A stretch of DNA of 64,000 nucleotides, taken from contig CAVSZB010000002.1 in NCBI GenBank assembly GCA_963732385.1, positions 218,984 through 282,983 on the forward strand, in the 5' to 3' direction. Both the position numbers and the translations under genes were made by a program. The notes beneath the pieces were generated by a model. It was not told where the DNA came from, made no database searches, and saw only the letters and a list, made by a program, of their open reading frames with translations. Positions 9,781-25,135 of this stretch are shown piece after piece (the stretch's first letter is position 1; each line of letters opens with the position of its first letter). Origin of the DNA: an uncultured bacterium (GTDB lineage Bacteria; Krumholzibacteriota; Krumholzibacteriia; LZORAL124-64-63).

Positions 9781-9806
9781 GAAGGGGCGCCGCGAGGCGC
9801 CCCTTC
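9781..9806. terminator. Hairpin between convergent genes
   Basis: GAAGGGGCGCC-GCGA-GGCGCCCCTTC. Confidence 0.6.
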
Positions 9807-9848
9807 CAGGTTCGCGGGGACCTCGCTCGGCGACCGGGCGGGTTCGTG

Positions 9849-10259
9849 CTAGACGGGCAGCACCACGAGCGCCGCGGCCCCGGCGATCCCGATCGCAGCG
9901 GAGGCGCCGAAGATGGCCAGGGACTTGTTCCGATCGGCGCGGCGGGCCGCGGCATCCTCGACCTGCTCCACGCTCCCGAGCTGACCGAAGTTCCGGACGC
10001 CGGCCATGCCGAAGCCCGCGCAGAACCGGAACCGAGCCTGGAGGAACCCGGTGGCGGCGCCGGCGAGTGGCAGGGCGACGAGCCAGCGGGCAGCCGTCGG
10101 AGCATCGAGCGCCAGGAGGGCGACCCCGAGACCGGCCGCCGCGATGAGGCCGACGTAGCCCGTACGGCGGCGGCGGGCGATCTCGGCAGGCCCGATGTTG
10201 CAGGTGCCGGGAACGTACCCGTCCGGCGTGGAGTCGAAGGCCATCCGTGGTGTCGTCAT
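9849..10259 (-). CDS. Hypothetical membrane protein
   Basis: SD GGAGG; YVPGTCNIGPAEIARRR followed by three hydrophobic segments and GFLQARFRFC. Confidence 0.75.
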   Translation of the reverse strand: MTTPRMAFDSTPDGYVPGTCNIGPAEIARRRRTGYVGLIAAAGLGVALLALDAPTAARWLVALPLAGAATGFLQARFRFCAGFGMAGVRNFGQLGSVEQVEDAAARRADRNKSLAIFGASAAIGIAGAAALVVLPV

Positions 10260-10341
10260 GACCTCCATTCGCAGCCGGACCGGTCGCGGTTTGCCCGTCC
10301 TAGCCCTTGGCCGTCGCGGCCACCCTGACCCGGCCCCCCTG

Positions 10342-13850
<3,509 letters not shown>

Positions 13851-13854
<4 letters not shown>

Positions 13855-15116
13855 CCGCTGCCCCCGGCGCGCCGCTGCGGCAGCATGCTCGCGGGCGGCG
13901 GCCACGAAGCGGTCGAAGACGGCGAGGGCGTCGAGCGGGCCGGGCGCGCCCTCGGGGTGGTACTGGACGGTCTCGATCGGCAGGTCCCGGTGGCGCAGGC
14001 CCTCGACCGAGCCGTCGTTGAGGTTCACCTGGCTGACGCCGAAGCCGCTCGTCCGCGGGGAGCGTCGCGGCGTCGACCGTGACCTCGTGGTTCTGGGCGG
14101 TCACCTGGACGTGCCGGCTGGCCGCGTCGCTGGACCGGATGGTTCGCCCCGTGATGCCCGAACCGGAGGCGCCGCGTCTCGGCGCCGGCCGCCCGGCCGA
14201 CGATCTGGTGGCCGAGGCAGATGCCGAGGAGCGGGCCGGCCGTCGTCGATGATCGCCCGGGCGAGAGCGACGGGGCCGGCGAGCCGGGCCGGGTCGCCCG
14301 GGCCCGGCGAGAGGACGACGCCGTCGACGTCCGGGCGCGAGGACGTCCGCGGCGGTCGCCGTGTGCGGCAGCACGCGGACGCGGACGCCGCGCGCGTCGC
14401 AGGCCCGGCACGATGTTCGCCTTGAGGCCGAAGTCGACGATCGCGACGAGCGGTGCCGCGCTCGGCGACCGCGTCGCCGACCTCGAACGCGGCGCGCCGG
14501 CGAGACCGGCCGACGAAGTCCTGGTCCTCCCAGCGCGGCCACGGCCCGGGCGCGCGGCCACGGGCGTCGTCGACGTCCGTCTCGCCGGGCGCCGTGACGA
14601 TCGCGCGCAGGCAGCCGTGCGTCCGCAGGTGGCGGGCGAGCGCTCGCGTGTCGACCCCGGCGATCGCCGGGATCCCGCTCCGTCCGCAGGAGCGCCGCCA
14701 GCTGGGCCGCCCGCTCGACGACGGCCGCCGTGGCTGTCGCGACGACGAGCGCCGCGCAGCCACGGCCGCTCCGACTGGTCGTCGGCGACGGATGCGGCCG
14801 TAGTTGCCGATGAGCGGGTAGGTCATGACGACGACCTGGCCGGCGTACGAGGGGTCGGTGCAGACCTCCTGGTAGCCGGTCTGGCTCGTGTTGACGACGA
14901 GGTCGCCGCCGGCCGCGGCCTCGGCGCGCCGAAGCGCGATCCCGGGGAAGACGGTGCCGTCCTCGAGCGCGAGGAGAGCCGGGCCCGCGGTCGCCGACAC
15001 GCGGGTCGACGATGAGGTCCGCGTCGGGGAACGGCGGGCCGTCGAGCGGCGGGCCGTCGAGCATCCGTCGCGACCCGCGCGGAGTGGCCGACGCGGGAGC
15101 GGCACGCGTCGCTCAT
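13851..15116 (-). CDS. carA: Carbamoyl-phosphate synthase small subunit (multiple frameshifts; start approximate)
   Basis: [56 protein letters not shown]. Confidence 0.95.
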
Positions 15117-15184
15117 CGCGGCCCGGACAGAAGACGCCACCGGCCTGCGGGGCGCGGTGGACGACGGAGCATGCGCACGACCAG

Positions 15185-15243
15185 CCTCCTTTCCGGCCTC
15201 ACGGGACCGGTACGCCGGCCTCACGGGACCGGCCACAAAGGAC
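15185..15243 (-). promoter_or_regulatory. PyrR-binding-site-like RNA element with duplicated loop
   Basis: CCTTT..CCGGTCCCGTGAGGCCGG x2..AAAGGAGG upstream of carA; resembles the PyrR loop consensus (RUCCnGnGAGGY). Confidence 0.75.
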
Positions 15244-15335
15244 GGGCGAAGGGTAGCACGCGCCCGCGCGGCGGCGGGTGCGGTGTCGAGCGCCGGGCAT
15301 CTCGCGCGGGCACCTCGCGCGGGACCGGCCGGGCG

Positions 15336-17104
15336 CTACCGCAGGATGCTGTTGCTCCAGACCTGGTTCAGCACGTACTCCCCGTCGGTCGTGGGGTTCG
15401 TCACGTTCGCCTGCGCCTGGTTCAGCATGATGTACGGGTGGAGCCGCGCCTGGGCGAGCTTCGTCCCGACGAACGTCAGCTCGACCACCACCGCCTCCTG
15501 GGTCTGGCGGCTCCAGTCCTGGCCGAACAGGAAGTTGCCGTGGCTCGAGATGACGAAGCGGTGCCCCCGCTCGCCCTTCGTCAGCGAGACCGCCGACGCC
15601 CAGTGGGTCCCGTGGCCGACGACGTGATCGGCGCCAGCCTCCCAGAACAGCTTCATCTGCTCTCTCTGGCGCTTCGTGAAGTTGGCGTGGTACTCCGGCC
15701 AGCCCCACTGCGGGACGACGATGACGACGTCGGCCACCTTGCGGGCCGCGCCGACCGCCGCGCGGACGTTCTCCTCGTTGAGGTAGGCGACCCCGGGCTT
15801 CGACGCCGACGCCTCGGCCGAACCGGGGATCTCGTTGAAGCCGACGAAGGCGAAGCGGATGCCGCGGACCTCGAGGACGGCCGGCTCGAGCGCCTTGGCC
15901 AGGTTCATCCCCGCGCCGAACCGGGCGATCCCGTTCGTCGTCGAACAGGCGGAGCGTCTCGCGCAGCGCCTTTGTCCCCTGGTCGGTCATGTGGTTCGAG
16001 GCGAGGGTGACCACGTCGACGCCGGCCCCCGCGAGGAGCGGCGCGACCTGCGGGTCGATCGAGAAGATCGTGCCCGTGTCGTGCTGCGTGAAGCTCTTCG
16101 TCATCGGGCATTCGAAGTCGTTCAGCGTGATCTCCGCGTCGGAGATGAGCCTGCGGACCGCGCCCGCGTTGCCGCTCCGCTTCGCCACCACGACGGGCCA
16201 GCCATTCCCGTCGGGGCCGTCGAAGCGCCGGTCGACCCTGATCCCGACGTACTCCGCCGTCCCGCCGTCGAGGACCCAGTCCCAGCCCTTGCCGAGCGTG
16301 TTCGCCTGGTGGCTGACGCCGCGGTCGGGGCAGGTGTCGCCGGTCGAGATGAGCGTCCGCACCTCGGCCGGGTCGAAGGCGGTCCAAGCCCCCGGCGCCG
16401 CGGCCGCGGTGGCCGTCAGCGGGTAGGCCCTCTCGCGGATCGACGGGGCCCCGAACAGGTCCGCGCCGCCGATGCGGAGCACCTTGACCCGGGGCGTCAC
16501 GAGACCGGCCGGCAGGAGGCCGTACCGCGGCGTCCTGGCCCGCACGGCATCGGGGATCGCCGCCGCCTCGACGCACTCGACCCCGGCAAGGTCGAGCGGA
16601 TCGTCGCCCAGCATCGCCGCGTCGAGGCCGCACGGGATCGCGACCCGCCCCGCGGCGACTCCCTTCGCGAGGGCGTCCATCGTCAGGCCGACCCGCAGCT
16701 CCCGGACGTCGGCGACGAGCGCCAGGCGCAGCTCCGCCGGGCCGGCCGGAGCGGACGGGGCCGCCGAGGGGGCCGCCGAGCCACCCGGTGCGGCCGAGCC
16801 ACCCGGTGCGGCCGAGCCGCCCGGAGCGGGCGTCGCCGAGGCCCCGGCAGCGGGCCCACCCGAGGCACCGGGGGAGGCGGCCGGATCCGGGGACGCGCCG
16901 GGCGACCCGGACGCGAAGACGGCGGCACCCACCAGGAGCCCGACGCCGGCGACGGCGAAGAGCCCGACCAGGATGGTCGAGCCGGCGATCGGGCTCCGAC
17001 CCTCCCGGCGGACGGCCCGACGGCGGGCGCGACGAGCCACCCCGGCCGGCGGTCCCGGGGCCGCCGCCACGGCCGGAGGTCGAGCCCGCCAGCGGGCGCG
17101 CCAT
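15336..17104 (-). CDS. CapA (poly-gamma-glutamate synthesis/metallophosphoesterase) family membrane-anchored protein (frameshifts; start approximate)
   Basis: N-terminal TM, then TGD, LNDFECP, GVDVVTLASNHMTDQG, QWGWPEY, GADHVVGHGTHW, SHGNFLF. Confidence 0.85.
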
Positions 17105-17252
17105 CGGGGGGCGGCGGGGCGGCTGGCGCGACGGCATCGCGAGCATTGTGCCGCAGGCGGTCGCGGCGCGTGCCCGTCCAGGCTGGGTGCGGCTTCAGGC
17201 CGGCGTGCCGCGCTTCAGCCCGGCGTGCCGAACGGCATGCGGCCGGCGTCGG

Positions 17253-17717
17253 TCAGTCGCCGACCTTGTACGGGTAGGTCACCCAGCCGTGCGCGAGGGC
17301 AGCGTGGAAGTCGGGCTCGAGCAGGACGCTGCGACCGGCCGGGCTTGTAGTGGATCACCGCCGGTCCTCGGCCGCCCGCCGGCGGCGTGGACGCGCTCGC
17401 ACGACGGCGGCCATCGTCTCGCCGGTCTCCCAGACCTCGTCGACGCACGAGGACCCGCTGGTCGCGCAGCAGCCGGCGTCCGGGAAGTGGCCGAAGATCG
17501 GGGCGTCGTGCGTGCCGCCGCCGCTCGTGTAGAACTCCACGCCGGCGACGAGGATCTCCCGCAGGTCGAGCCGGTAAGCCAGGATCCCGGCCGGGACGAG
17601 ACCGCCCCGGGTGATCGCGAGGACGAGGTCGTAGTCGTCGCCGACCTGCTCGGCCAGCTCCCCGACGAGCCGATGGAGCTCGTCCCACGAGACGGTGAGC
17701 GGTTCGGTCGTCAGCAT
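17253..17717 (-). CDS. Purine-type phosphoribosyltransferase (frameshifts)
   Basis: SWDELH..AITRGGLVPA..VDEVWETGET..HYKP..WVTYPY. Confidence 0.85.
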
Positions 17718-17791
17718 CGGGCTCCTCGGCGGTACGGCGCCGCGGCGGGACGCCGCTGGTCGCCATTGTGGCCGATCCGGGGGGCGCCGCG

Positions 17792-18562
17792 TCAGTCCTC
17801 GAGCAGCGTCACCGGGTCGCCGACCGCGACGGTCCCGGGCTCGACGACGTCGCCGTAGACGCCGAAGTCGAGCGTGCGGGCTGCGCTCCAACCGCGGTAC
17901 GCGCTCGATGATCTTCAGCGTCTCGAGGTCGCGGCCGCCCGTGTCAGGGTCGCGCTGGGTGACGTCGCAGCGCGGGATGGGGCCACCTACCCGCAGCTCC
18001 GCCTCGCCGATGCGCAGGAGCCGGCCGTCCCAGCCATCCTCCTCGTGGGCCACCACGCCGTCGATCTCGAAGAGGATCCGGAAGCGCCGGGCATCGACGT
18101 CGTCACGCCCGCGCGACGCGCCAGCTCGCGGACCGAGGCACGCGACACGAGCGTGACCGGCCGGTCGTCGACGCCCCCGCCGTCGCGCTTCGGCGCGAAC
18201 GAGCCGCACCGGCTCCCGACGCAGTCCGCCAGCGCTGCGCTCCAGTCGCCGTCCACGAGGCGACCCGGCGTCGGGCGGCCCCAGAAGTCGACGGTGATCT
18301 GGTCGCCGACGGCAACGGCGGTCCCGTCGATGGACGACCCGTCCGGGAAGCGGATCGCGAGGTGGTCGCGTTCGGCGTCGTACGTCGCCGCGATGCGGAA
18401 CAGCACCGGGTGCCGCGGTGCCGCGAGCAGGCGGTCCCGCCCGTCGACAAGGAAGAACCGCCGGTTCTCGGCGACGCCGCCGGGGCCCAGGTGGACCCGG
18501 TCGGGGTGCTGGAGGGCCGTCGACTTCAGCGGCGTGGCGGAGATTCGGGCGACCGTCGGCAT
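17792..18562 (-). CDS. MOSC domain protein (frameshifts)
   Basis: PLKS, NRRFFLVD, DARRF, IGEAELRVGGPIPRC..RDPDTG, FGVYGDVVEPGTVAVGD. Confidence 0.85.
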
Positions 18563-18614
18563 CGGCGCACTGTAGCGCCCGGGCCCCGCTGCGCGCCGGC
18601 CACCGGGCGCGCCG

Positions 18615-19160
18615 TCAGGGGGCCGCCGAGGGGCCCGGCGAGGGGGTCCACGGCCTCGAACGTCATCGTGCTGGGCGCGGCGAGCGTGATGGTCAGCTGC
18701 GACCCTGCGATCGAGTATGCGGTACGCGAGACGAGCTGCGCGAGGAACTCTTCGAACAGCGACGCGGGGCCGCACGCGGCGAGCGTGGCTGGCCCGCACC
18801 ACCACGGTCAGGCTGTTCGTCGGGCCACCGGCCCGTGCCGGCGGCGACCGAGCTGTACGTGCCGGACGCCTGGTTGCAGTCGGCGGTCGCCTCGAAGGTG
18901 AGGTCGCGCGTGAACCGGATCGTGTACGCAGCGGGATCCGGGACCTCGAGCGGCGCCGCGTCGCGTCCCGTCGTCGAGCCCGTCCACTGCCACGTCGTGC
19001 TCGTGAGCCCGAGCCGTGGCGGCAGGCCGCCCGAGATCGCGACGGCGACGACGGCGATCGCGGTCATCAGCACGGCCGCAGCGAACATGGCGATCAGCTG
19101 CTGGACCACCGGCGACGGCGTTCCGCGCGTGTTGCCTGGGGCCTTCTCGCCTGTCATCAC
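18615..19160 (-). CDS. META domain-containing protein (frameshift)
   Basis: TM helix, TTWQW, YTIRF..ADCNQASGTY, TLAAC. Confidence 0.7.
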
Positions 19161-19271
19161 CCAATCATTCGCCGTTCAACGGCCACCCGGATCTCGACCG
19201 GCCACCAGGACGTGACGCCGGCCACCGCCAGGGCCGGCCGGACCCGGCGCCGGACCGTTCCGGATGCGAGG

Positions 19272-19296
19272 CGACCCCCGGTTGGACCGGGGGTCG
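19272..19296 (-). terminator. Hairpin downstream of tRNA-Lys
   Basis: CGACCCCCGG-TTGGA-CCGGGGGTCG. Confidence 0.55.
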
Positions 19297-19311
19297 TCGT
19301 GCCTGCAGAGC

Positions 19312-19386
19312 TGGTGAGCCGGGGGAGATTCGAACTCCCAACCTAGTGATTAAGAGTCACTTGCTCTGCCGTTGAGCTACCGGCCC
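19312..19386 (-). tRNA. tRNA-Lys(CTT)
   Basis: GGGCCGGTAGCTCAAC..AGTGA-CTCTTAA-TCACT..GTTCGAATC..CCA cloverleaf. Confidence 0.95.
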
Positions 19387-19486
19387 GCCGGAAGTCTAGC
19401 GCGAGAGGATCGCGCGCGTCGGGCGGGCTCGGAGAGCGGGCTCCGGCCGGTCCGGGCGCCGGCGCGTCCGCCCACGGGCGACGACC

Positions 19487-20217
19487 CTACGGCGCGATCG
19501 AGATCCCGGCGACCATCTCCTCGACGGCCGCCTGTCGAACCGCGTCCCTGGCCGGCAGCGTGAACGACACGATGAGAAGCCCGTCGCCGGACGGGATGGT
19601 GTACTGGATCCCCTGCGCCTGGGCGTCGGCCCCCTCGCCCAGGCCGAGGTAGAGCGCTCGGACCGCGGGGCCGACGGCGAGCTCGACCACCTGGACGTCG
19701 ATGCCGTTGACGCCCGGCACGGCGGCGAGCTCCTCGGAGATCGAGCTCACGAGGACGTCGAGGCCGGGGACCTCGATCCCGTCGCGGACGATGAGGTTGA
19801 CGTTCGGCGTCACGGCGCCCGCCTCGGTGGTGCTGTCGACCGCCCAGCCGGCCAGCCCGGCCGCGAGGAGCGGGTCGAGCCCGTTCGCGAGCGACCCACG
19901 AAGCTGCGAGAATCGGCGGGCAGGAGCGCGAGGATGTCCTCCGCGGTGCCGTCGAGCGGGAGCGAGCGCCAGCCCTCGGCGAGGGGCATGGCGAAGCCGG
20001 CCGCGTCGACCACCATCATCCCGTCGTCCGCGCTCGGGGTGGTCGGGACCGCGCTCGCCGTCGGCGCCGCGGTGGCCGGGGCCTCGGTTGGCGCCGGCGT
20101 GTCCGTTTCCGCCGCCGGCGCGGTCGTCTGGGCCGGCGCGGTCGTGGCCGCTCCGCCGCACGCGGCGACGAGGACGGCCGCGGCGATCAGCGGCAGGGGG
20201 CGCATGAAGCGACGCAT
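19487..20217 (-). CDS. Hypothetical lipoprotein (frameshift)
   Basis: Lipobox-like LVAAC, TAPA linker, globular C-terminal part ([22 protein letters not shown]). Confidence 0.7.
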
Positions 20218-20336
20218 GGGCGGGAGGACCTCCTGGGGCGATGTCGCGGACATCATCCGCGATCGGCCGCCCAAGGCTATCCGCCGATGGTCCCACCATG
20301 GCGCGCCGGCTCGCCGCCAGCGACACGCCCCGCAGT

Positions 20337-21870
20337 TCAGCCGGGCTGGTTGTCGATCTGGGCGCGCTGGAGCCGGCCGCTGAAGTCGACGTAGATCGAC
20401 TTCCACTCGGTGTACGTGTCGAGCGCGACGTGGCCGGCCTCGCGGTGGCCGTTGCCGGTCTCCTTCCAGCCGCCGAACGGCAGGTGCGTCTCGGCGCCGG
20501 TCGTGCCGGCGTTGACGTAGACGATGCCCGGTCTCGAAGTCGCGCATCGCCCGGAAGGCCGTGTTCACGTCCCGCGTGAAGATGGACGACGACAGGCCGT
20601 AGCGGGTCTGGTTGAGCGCCAGCATCGCCTCGTCGTAGCCATCGACCGGGATGACCGACAGGACCGGACCGAAGATCTCCTCCTGGCCGATCCGGTCCAT
20701 CGGCGCGACGCCGGCGAAGATCGTCGGCTCGAAGAAGTGGCCGTGGGCGAGGTCGCCGTCGGTCGCCCGGCCGCCGCCCGATCACGAGCTCGCCCTCGCG
20801 CCGCGCCGATCTCGACGTAGCGCGTCGACCTTGTCGCGCGGCGCCGTCGTTGATGAGCGGCCCGACATCGGTCGTCGGCATCGAGCCCGTCGCCCAGGCG
20901 CAGCGTCTCGCGCCCGCGCCTCGAGGCGCTCGAGCAGCGGCTCCACGACCGCGCGGTCGACGATGACCCGCGAGCAGGCCGTGCAGCGCTGGCCGGTCGT
21001 CCCGAACGCGGACCAGAGGATCCCGTCCAGCGGCGAGGTCGAGGTCCGCGTCGGCGAGGACGACGACGCCGTTCTTGCCGCCGAGCTCGAGCGACGAGGC
21101 GCTTGAGGCGCCGCGCCGGCCTCGTCGGCGATGTGCGTGCCCGGTCGTCGGACGAGCCGGTGAACGAGATGACCGGCACGTCCGGGTGCTCGACGATGCG
21201 CGTCGCCGACCTCGGCGCCGGCGCCCGTGACGAGGTTGACGACGCCCGGCGGGAAGCCCGCCTCGTCCATCAGCTCGACGAGCAGCGTCGCGCAGTGCGG
21301 CGTGTCGCTCGACGGCTTGAAGACGACGGTGTTGCCGGTGACGCAGGGCCGGCATCATCTTCCAGCACGGGATCGCCATCGGGAAGTTCCAGGGCGTGAT
21401 GATCCCGGCCACGCCGATCGGCTGGCGGACGCTCATCGCCCACTTGTCGGGCAGCTCGGACGGGCACGGTGTCGCCGAACATGCCGGCGCCCCTCGCCGG
21501 CCATCAGGTAGGCGATGTCGATGCCTTCCTGGACGTCGCCGCGCGCCTCGGCGATGACCTTGCCCATCTCGCGGGTCATCGCCCGGGCGAGCAGCTCCTT
21601 GTGCGGCGCCATGAGCGCGCCGTAGGCGTACAGAGATCTCGCCGCGGCTGGGGCGCCGGCGTTGCCGCGCCACATCGGGAACGCGGTCTCGGCGGCCTTG
21701 ACGGCCATCGCCGACGTCGGCGGCCGTCGCTCTCCTGGAAGCGGCCGACGACGTCGCGCGTGTCGGCCGGATTGCGGCTCTCGAACGTCTCGCCGGACGA
21801 CGAGTCGCACCACTCCCCGGCGATGAAGTGGCCGGACGCGGGGGCCGGCCGACTCGGCGTCCTGGGTCAT
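20337..21870 (-). CDS. Aldehyde dehydrogenase (frameshifts)
   Basis: [37 protein letters not shown]. Confidence 0.92.
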
Positions 21871-21902
21871 CGGTGGCCTCGCCGTCTGGCCGGCGCGCCG
21901 CG

Positions 21903-23136
21903 TCATACGCGCTCGAACGCCATCGCGACCGACCCGCCGCCGCCGAGGCAGAGGGTCGCGAGGCCGTAGCGGCCCTCGCGCCGGCGCAGCTCGTGGAGGA
22001 GCGTGGCGACGATCCGGGCGCCGCTGGCGCCGATCGGGTGGCCGAGCGCGATCGCGCCGCCGTTGACGTTGACCTTGTCCCAGTCGAAGCCGAGCTCGCG
22101 GCCGTCGGCGAGGACCTGGGCGGCGAACGCCTCGTTGATCTCGATGAGGTCGAAGGCCTCGATCGGCAGCTCGATCCGGCTCGAGCAGCGGCGGACGCCC
22201 TCGACGGGCGCCAGGAACAGCCACTTCGGGGCGACCTCGGCCTGGGCGTAGCCGACGATCCGGGCGAGGGGCGTGAGGCCCAGTGCGCTCCACGGCCCGC
22301 TCGCTCGCGACGACCGTGGCCGCGGCGCCGTCGGTGATGCCGGGCGCGTTGCCGGCGGTGACGGTCCCCTCGTCGCGTCGCCGCGGTCCTCGCCGTCGGG
22401 CAGCGGCGAAGACCGGCCGGAGGCGCGCGAGCGCCTCGACGGTCGAGTCGCGGCGCGGGCCCTCGTCCGTCGTCGACGACCGTCTCGCGGCCCTTCGCGT
22501 CGCGGACGGTGACCGGCGCCATCTCGGCGGCGAACCGGCCGGCGTCCATCGCGGCGACCGCCTTCTGGTGGCTCTCGAGGGCGAACGCGTCCTGGTCCTC
22601 GCGGCTGACCTGGTCGCTGATCGCGACGCGCTCGGCGTGGGTGCCCATGTGGCAGTCCTCGACCGCGCACCACAGGCCGTCGGCGACGGTCGAGTCGATC
22701 AGCTCGCCGTTGCCCAGGCGGTAGCCGAAGCGCGCCGCCGGGCAGCAGGTACGGCGCGCCGTTCATGCTCTCCATGCCGCCCGCGATGACGAGCTCGGCG
22801 TCGCCGGCCCGGATCTCGGCGGCGGCGAGCATGATCGCCTTGAGGCCGGAGCCGCAGACCCGGTTGATCGTCGTGGCGCGGCGTCGCGTCGCGGAGGCCG
22901 GCCCGGAGCGCCGCCTGGCGCGCCGGCGCCTGGCCGGCGCCCGGCCTGGAGCACCTGGCCCATGAGCACGTCGTCGATCTCGGCGGTCGCCGGATCGAGG
23001 CCCGCCCGCTCGACGGCGGCCCGGATGGCGATCCCGCCCAGCTCGGTGGCCGGGACGCCCGCCAGCGCCCCGCCGAACTTGCCGATCGGCGTGCGCGCGG
23101 CGCTGACGAGGTAGACGTGGCCGCTCGGGCCGGACT
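21903..23136 (-). CDS. Acetyl-CoA C-acyltransferase (thiolase) (frameshifts; start approximate)
   Basis: [49 protein letters not shown]. Confidence 0.93.
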
Positions 23137-23164
23137 GGGTCGGAGCCTTCGTCTGAATCGGCCC

Positions 23165-24026
23165 TCAGCCGCGGGTAGACGAAGAAGCCGGCGCCGGTCT
23201 TCTGGCCGAGCTGCCCGGCCGCCACGAGGTCCTCGAGGACGCGCGGCGGGCGGAACCGCTCGTCGCCGAGGTCGGCGTGGAGCACGCGCATGATCCCGAG
23301 GACGACGTCGAGGCCGATGAAGTCGGCGAGCGCGAGCGGGCCCATCGGGTGGTTGAGGCCGACCCGGGCGCCGGTGTCGATGTCCTCGGCCGTCCCGATC
23401 CCCTCCTCGAGCGCCCGCATCGCCTCGGCGAGGAGCGGCATGAGGATCCGGTTGACGATGAAGCCCGGCCGATCCGCCGAGACGATGACCTGCTTGCCGA
23501 GGTCGGCGGCGAGCGCCCGGACGGCGTCCGTCGTCGCGTCGTCGGTCGCGCTGCCGCGGATCAGCTCGACGAGCGGCATGACCGGCACCGGGCTGAAGAA
23601 GTGCATCCCGCAGAACGCCGGCCGGCGCGCCGGGGCGAGGGCCTCGGCAAGGCGGTCGATGGAGATCGAGGAGGTGTTCGTGGCGAAGACCGCTCGGCCG
23701 GCGCGACCTCGTCGAGCTGGCCCACAGCGCCCGCTTGACGGCCTCGTCCTCGAAGACGGCCTCGACGACGAGGTCGGCCTCGGCGGCCGCCGCGAGGTGG
23801 TCGGTGGCGGCGATCCGGTCGAGGATCTCGACGCGCGGCGGCCGGGTCGAGGCGGCCCTTGGCGACGGCGCGGTCGAGGTTGCGCGGCGATCCGCTCGCG
23901 GCCGGCGATCGCGCGCGCGAGGTCCGGCTCGTAGAGGTCGACGGTCCGGCCCGCGACCGCGAGCACCTGGGCGATGCCGTGGCCCATGAGCCCGGCACCG
24001 GCGACGAACGCCCGCTCGATCGGCAT
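23165..24026 (-). CDS. 3-hydroxybutyryl/3-hydroxyacyl-CoA dehydrogenase (frameshifts)
   Basis: [46 protein letters not shown]. Confidence 0.92.
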
Positions 24027-24143
24027 GCCCGGCAGGGTACCGCGCCACGCGAGCGGCGTCACCGGGAGGGGCGCGCCTGCGCGTCCCGGGTGCGATGCAC
24101 GGCTGGGCGGGACCGCCTCGACCCCGCCCACCCGATGCGGCGA

Positions 24144-24938
24144 TCAGCCGCCGGCAGGCGGCGGCTCGACCGCGTTGGCGGGGTTGTTGATCTCCGTGAC
24201 GTCGAGGGTCATCTCGAACGATCCGTTGGAGCCCGTGCCGACGATGGCGTAGCTCACGGCGTAGCCGCCGTCCTTCGCGACCCAGAAGTCGACCGTCCAC
24301 TCGGCGTCGGGGAGGCCGAGCGAGCTGCCCATCATCGCGCCGAGCTCTTCGCCCGACGCTGTGTAGTGGACCGTCTCCACGCCGTTCTTCGTCTCCTCGC
24401 CAACCGGGGTCAGGCCGGTCAGACCGCTGAAGGAGCCGAGCATCTTCTCGGGGGCGAGGCTGTCGATCGTCTTCTGGGCGTCCTCGGCCGGCGTCTCGAT
24501 CCAGCCTGTGCCGAGCGAGACCCAGGCCTTGTCGCCGATGACTCGGTATCCCACGTCCAGCTTCTGCTCGGCGGTGCCCATCGACATCGTCATGTCGGCG
24601 GCCTTGACCGGCTCGAAGATGACCGTGCCCTCCATCGTGAGGCCGTCGCCGAAGGCCGCGAACATGCTGCTCTCGAGCCCCTGCATCGTCATCGTGATGG
24701 CAAGGTGGTACGAGTTGAGGTCGGCCAGGGCCGCCGCGGCGCCGCCGATGTCGGGGCCGGCTGCCGCGTCCTCGGTGGGGGCGACGGTCGACGCGGGCTC
24801 GCTGGTTGCCGGCGCATCGGTGGCCCCGGGTGCCGTGCTGCTCGTCGTCGGTGCGGCCGGCGAGGCGCCACCGCCGCACGCTGCGATCGCGATGACGAGC
24901 GCCGCGAGCCCGACGAGCGGGCGAGTGCACCTGGACAT
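24144..24938 (-). CDS. Hypothetical lipoprotein (LppX/LprAFG-like beta-rich fold suspected)
   Basis: IAAC lipobox; GEETKNGVETVHY..VDFWVAKDGGY pattern. Confidence 0.7.
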   Translation of the reverse strand: MSRCTRPLVGLAALVIAIAACGGGASPAAPTTSSTAPGATDAPATSEPASTVAPTEDAAAGPDIGGAAAALADLNSYHLAITMTMQGLESSMFAAFGDGLTMEGTVIFEPVKAADMTMSMGTAEQKLDVGYRVIGDKAWVSLGTGWIETPAEDAQKTIDSLAPEKMLGSFSGLTGLTPVGEETKNGVETVHYTASGEELGAMMGSSLGLPDAEWTVDFWVAKDGGYAVSYAIVGTGSNGSFEMTLDVTEINNPANAVEPPPAGG

Positions 24939-25135
24939 GCGACCTCCTCGGTCGTCCAGGGACGCGTGGGGCGACAGAGGCCCCGCTCGGGACGATCGCG
25001 TCGACGATGGCCGCCGGCCGGCCCGGGGTCAATGACCATTCGGCACCCACCAGGGCGCCGATCGTCCCGTGGTCCGGCCGCACCGGCCGGTCGGCCCCGA
25101 CCGGTCGCCATGCTCCGCACGCTCGGGAATGAGCA

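Noticed and set aside
17253..17717. PRTase near carAB as PyrR
   Set aside because: Motifs (SWDE, RGGLVPA, VDEVWETG, YKP, W..YP) fit purine-type PRTases, not PyrR.
21903..24131. Apparent dehydrogenase-thiolase fusion, and other fusions in the ORF track (e.g. 60836-63598, 19487-22648)
   Set aside because: Produced by indels and read-through of shadow frames; one such ORF spans a tRNA.
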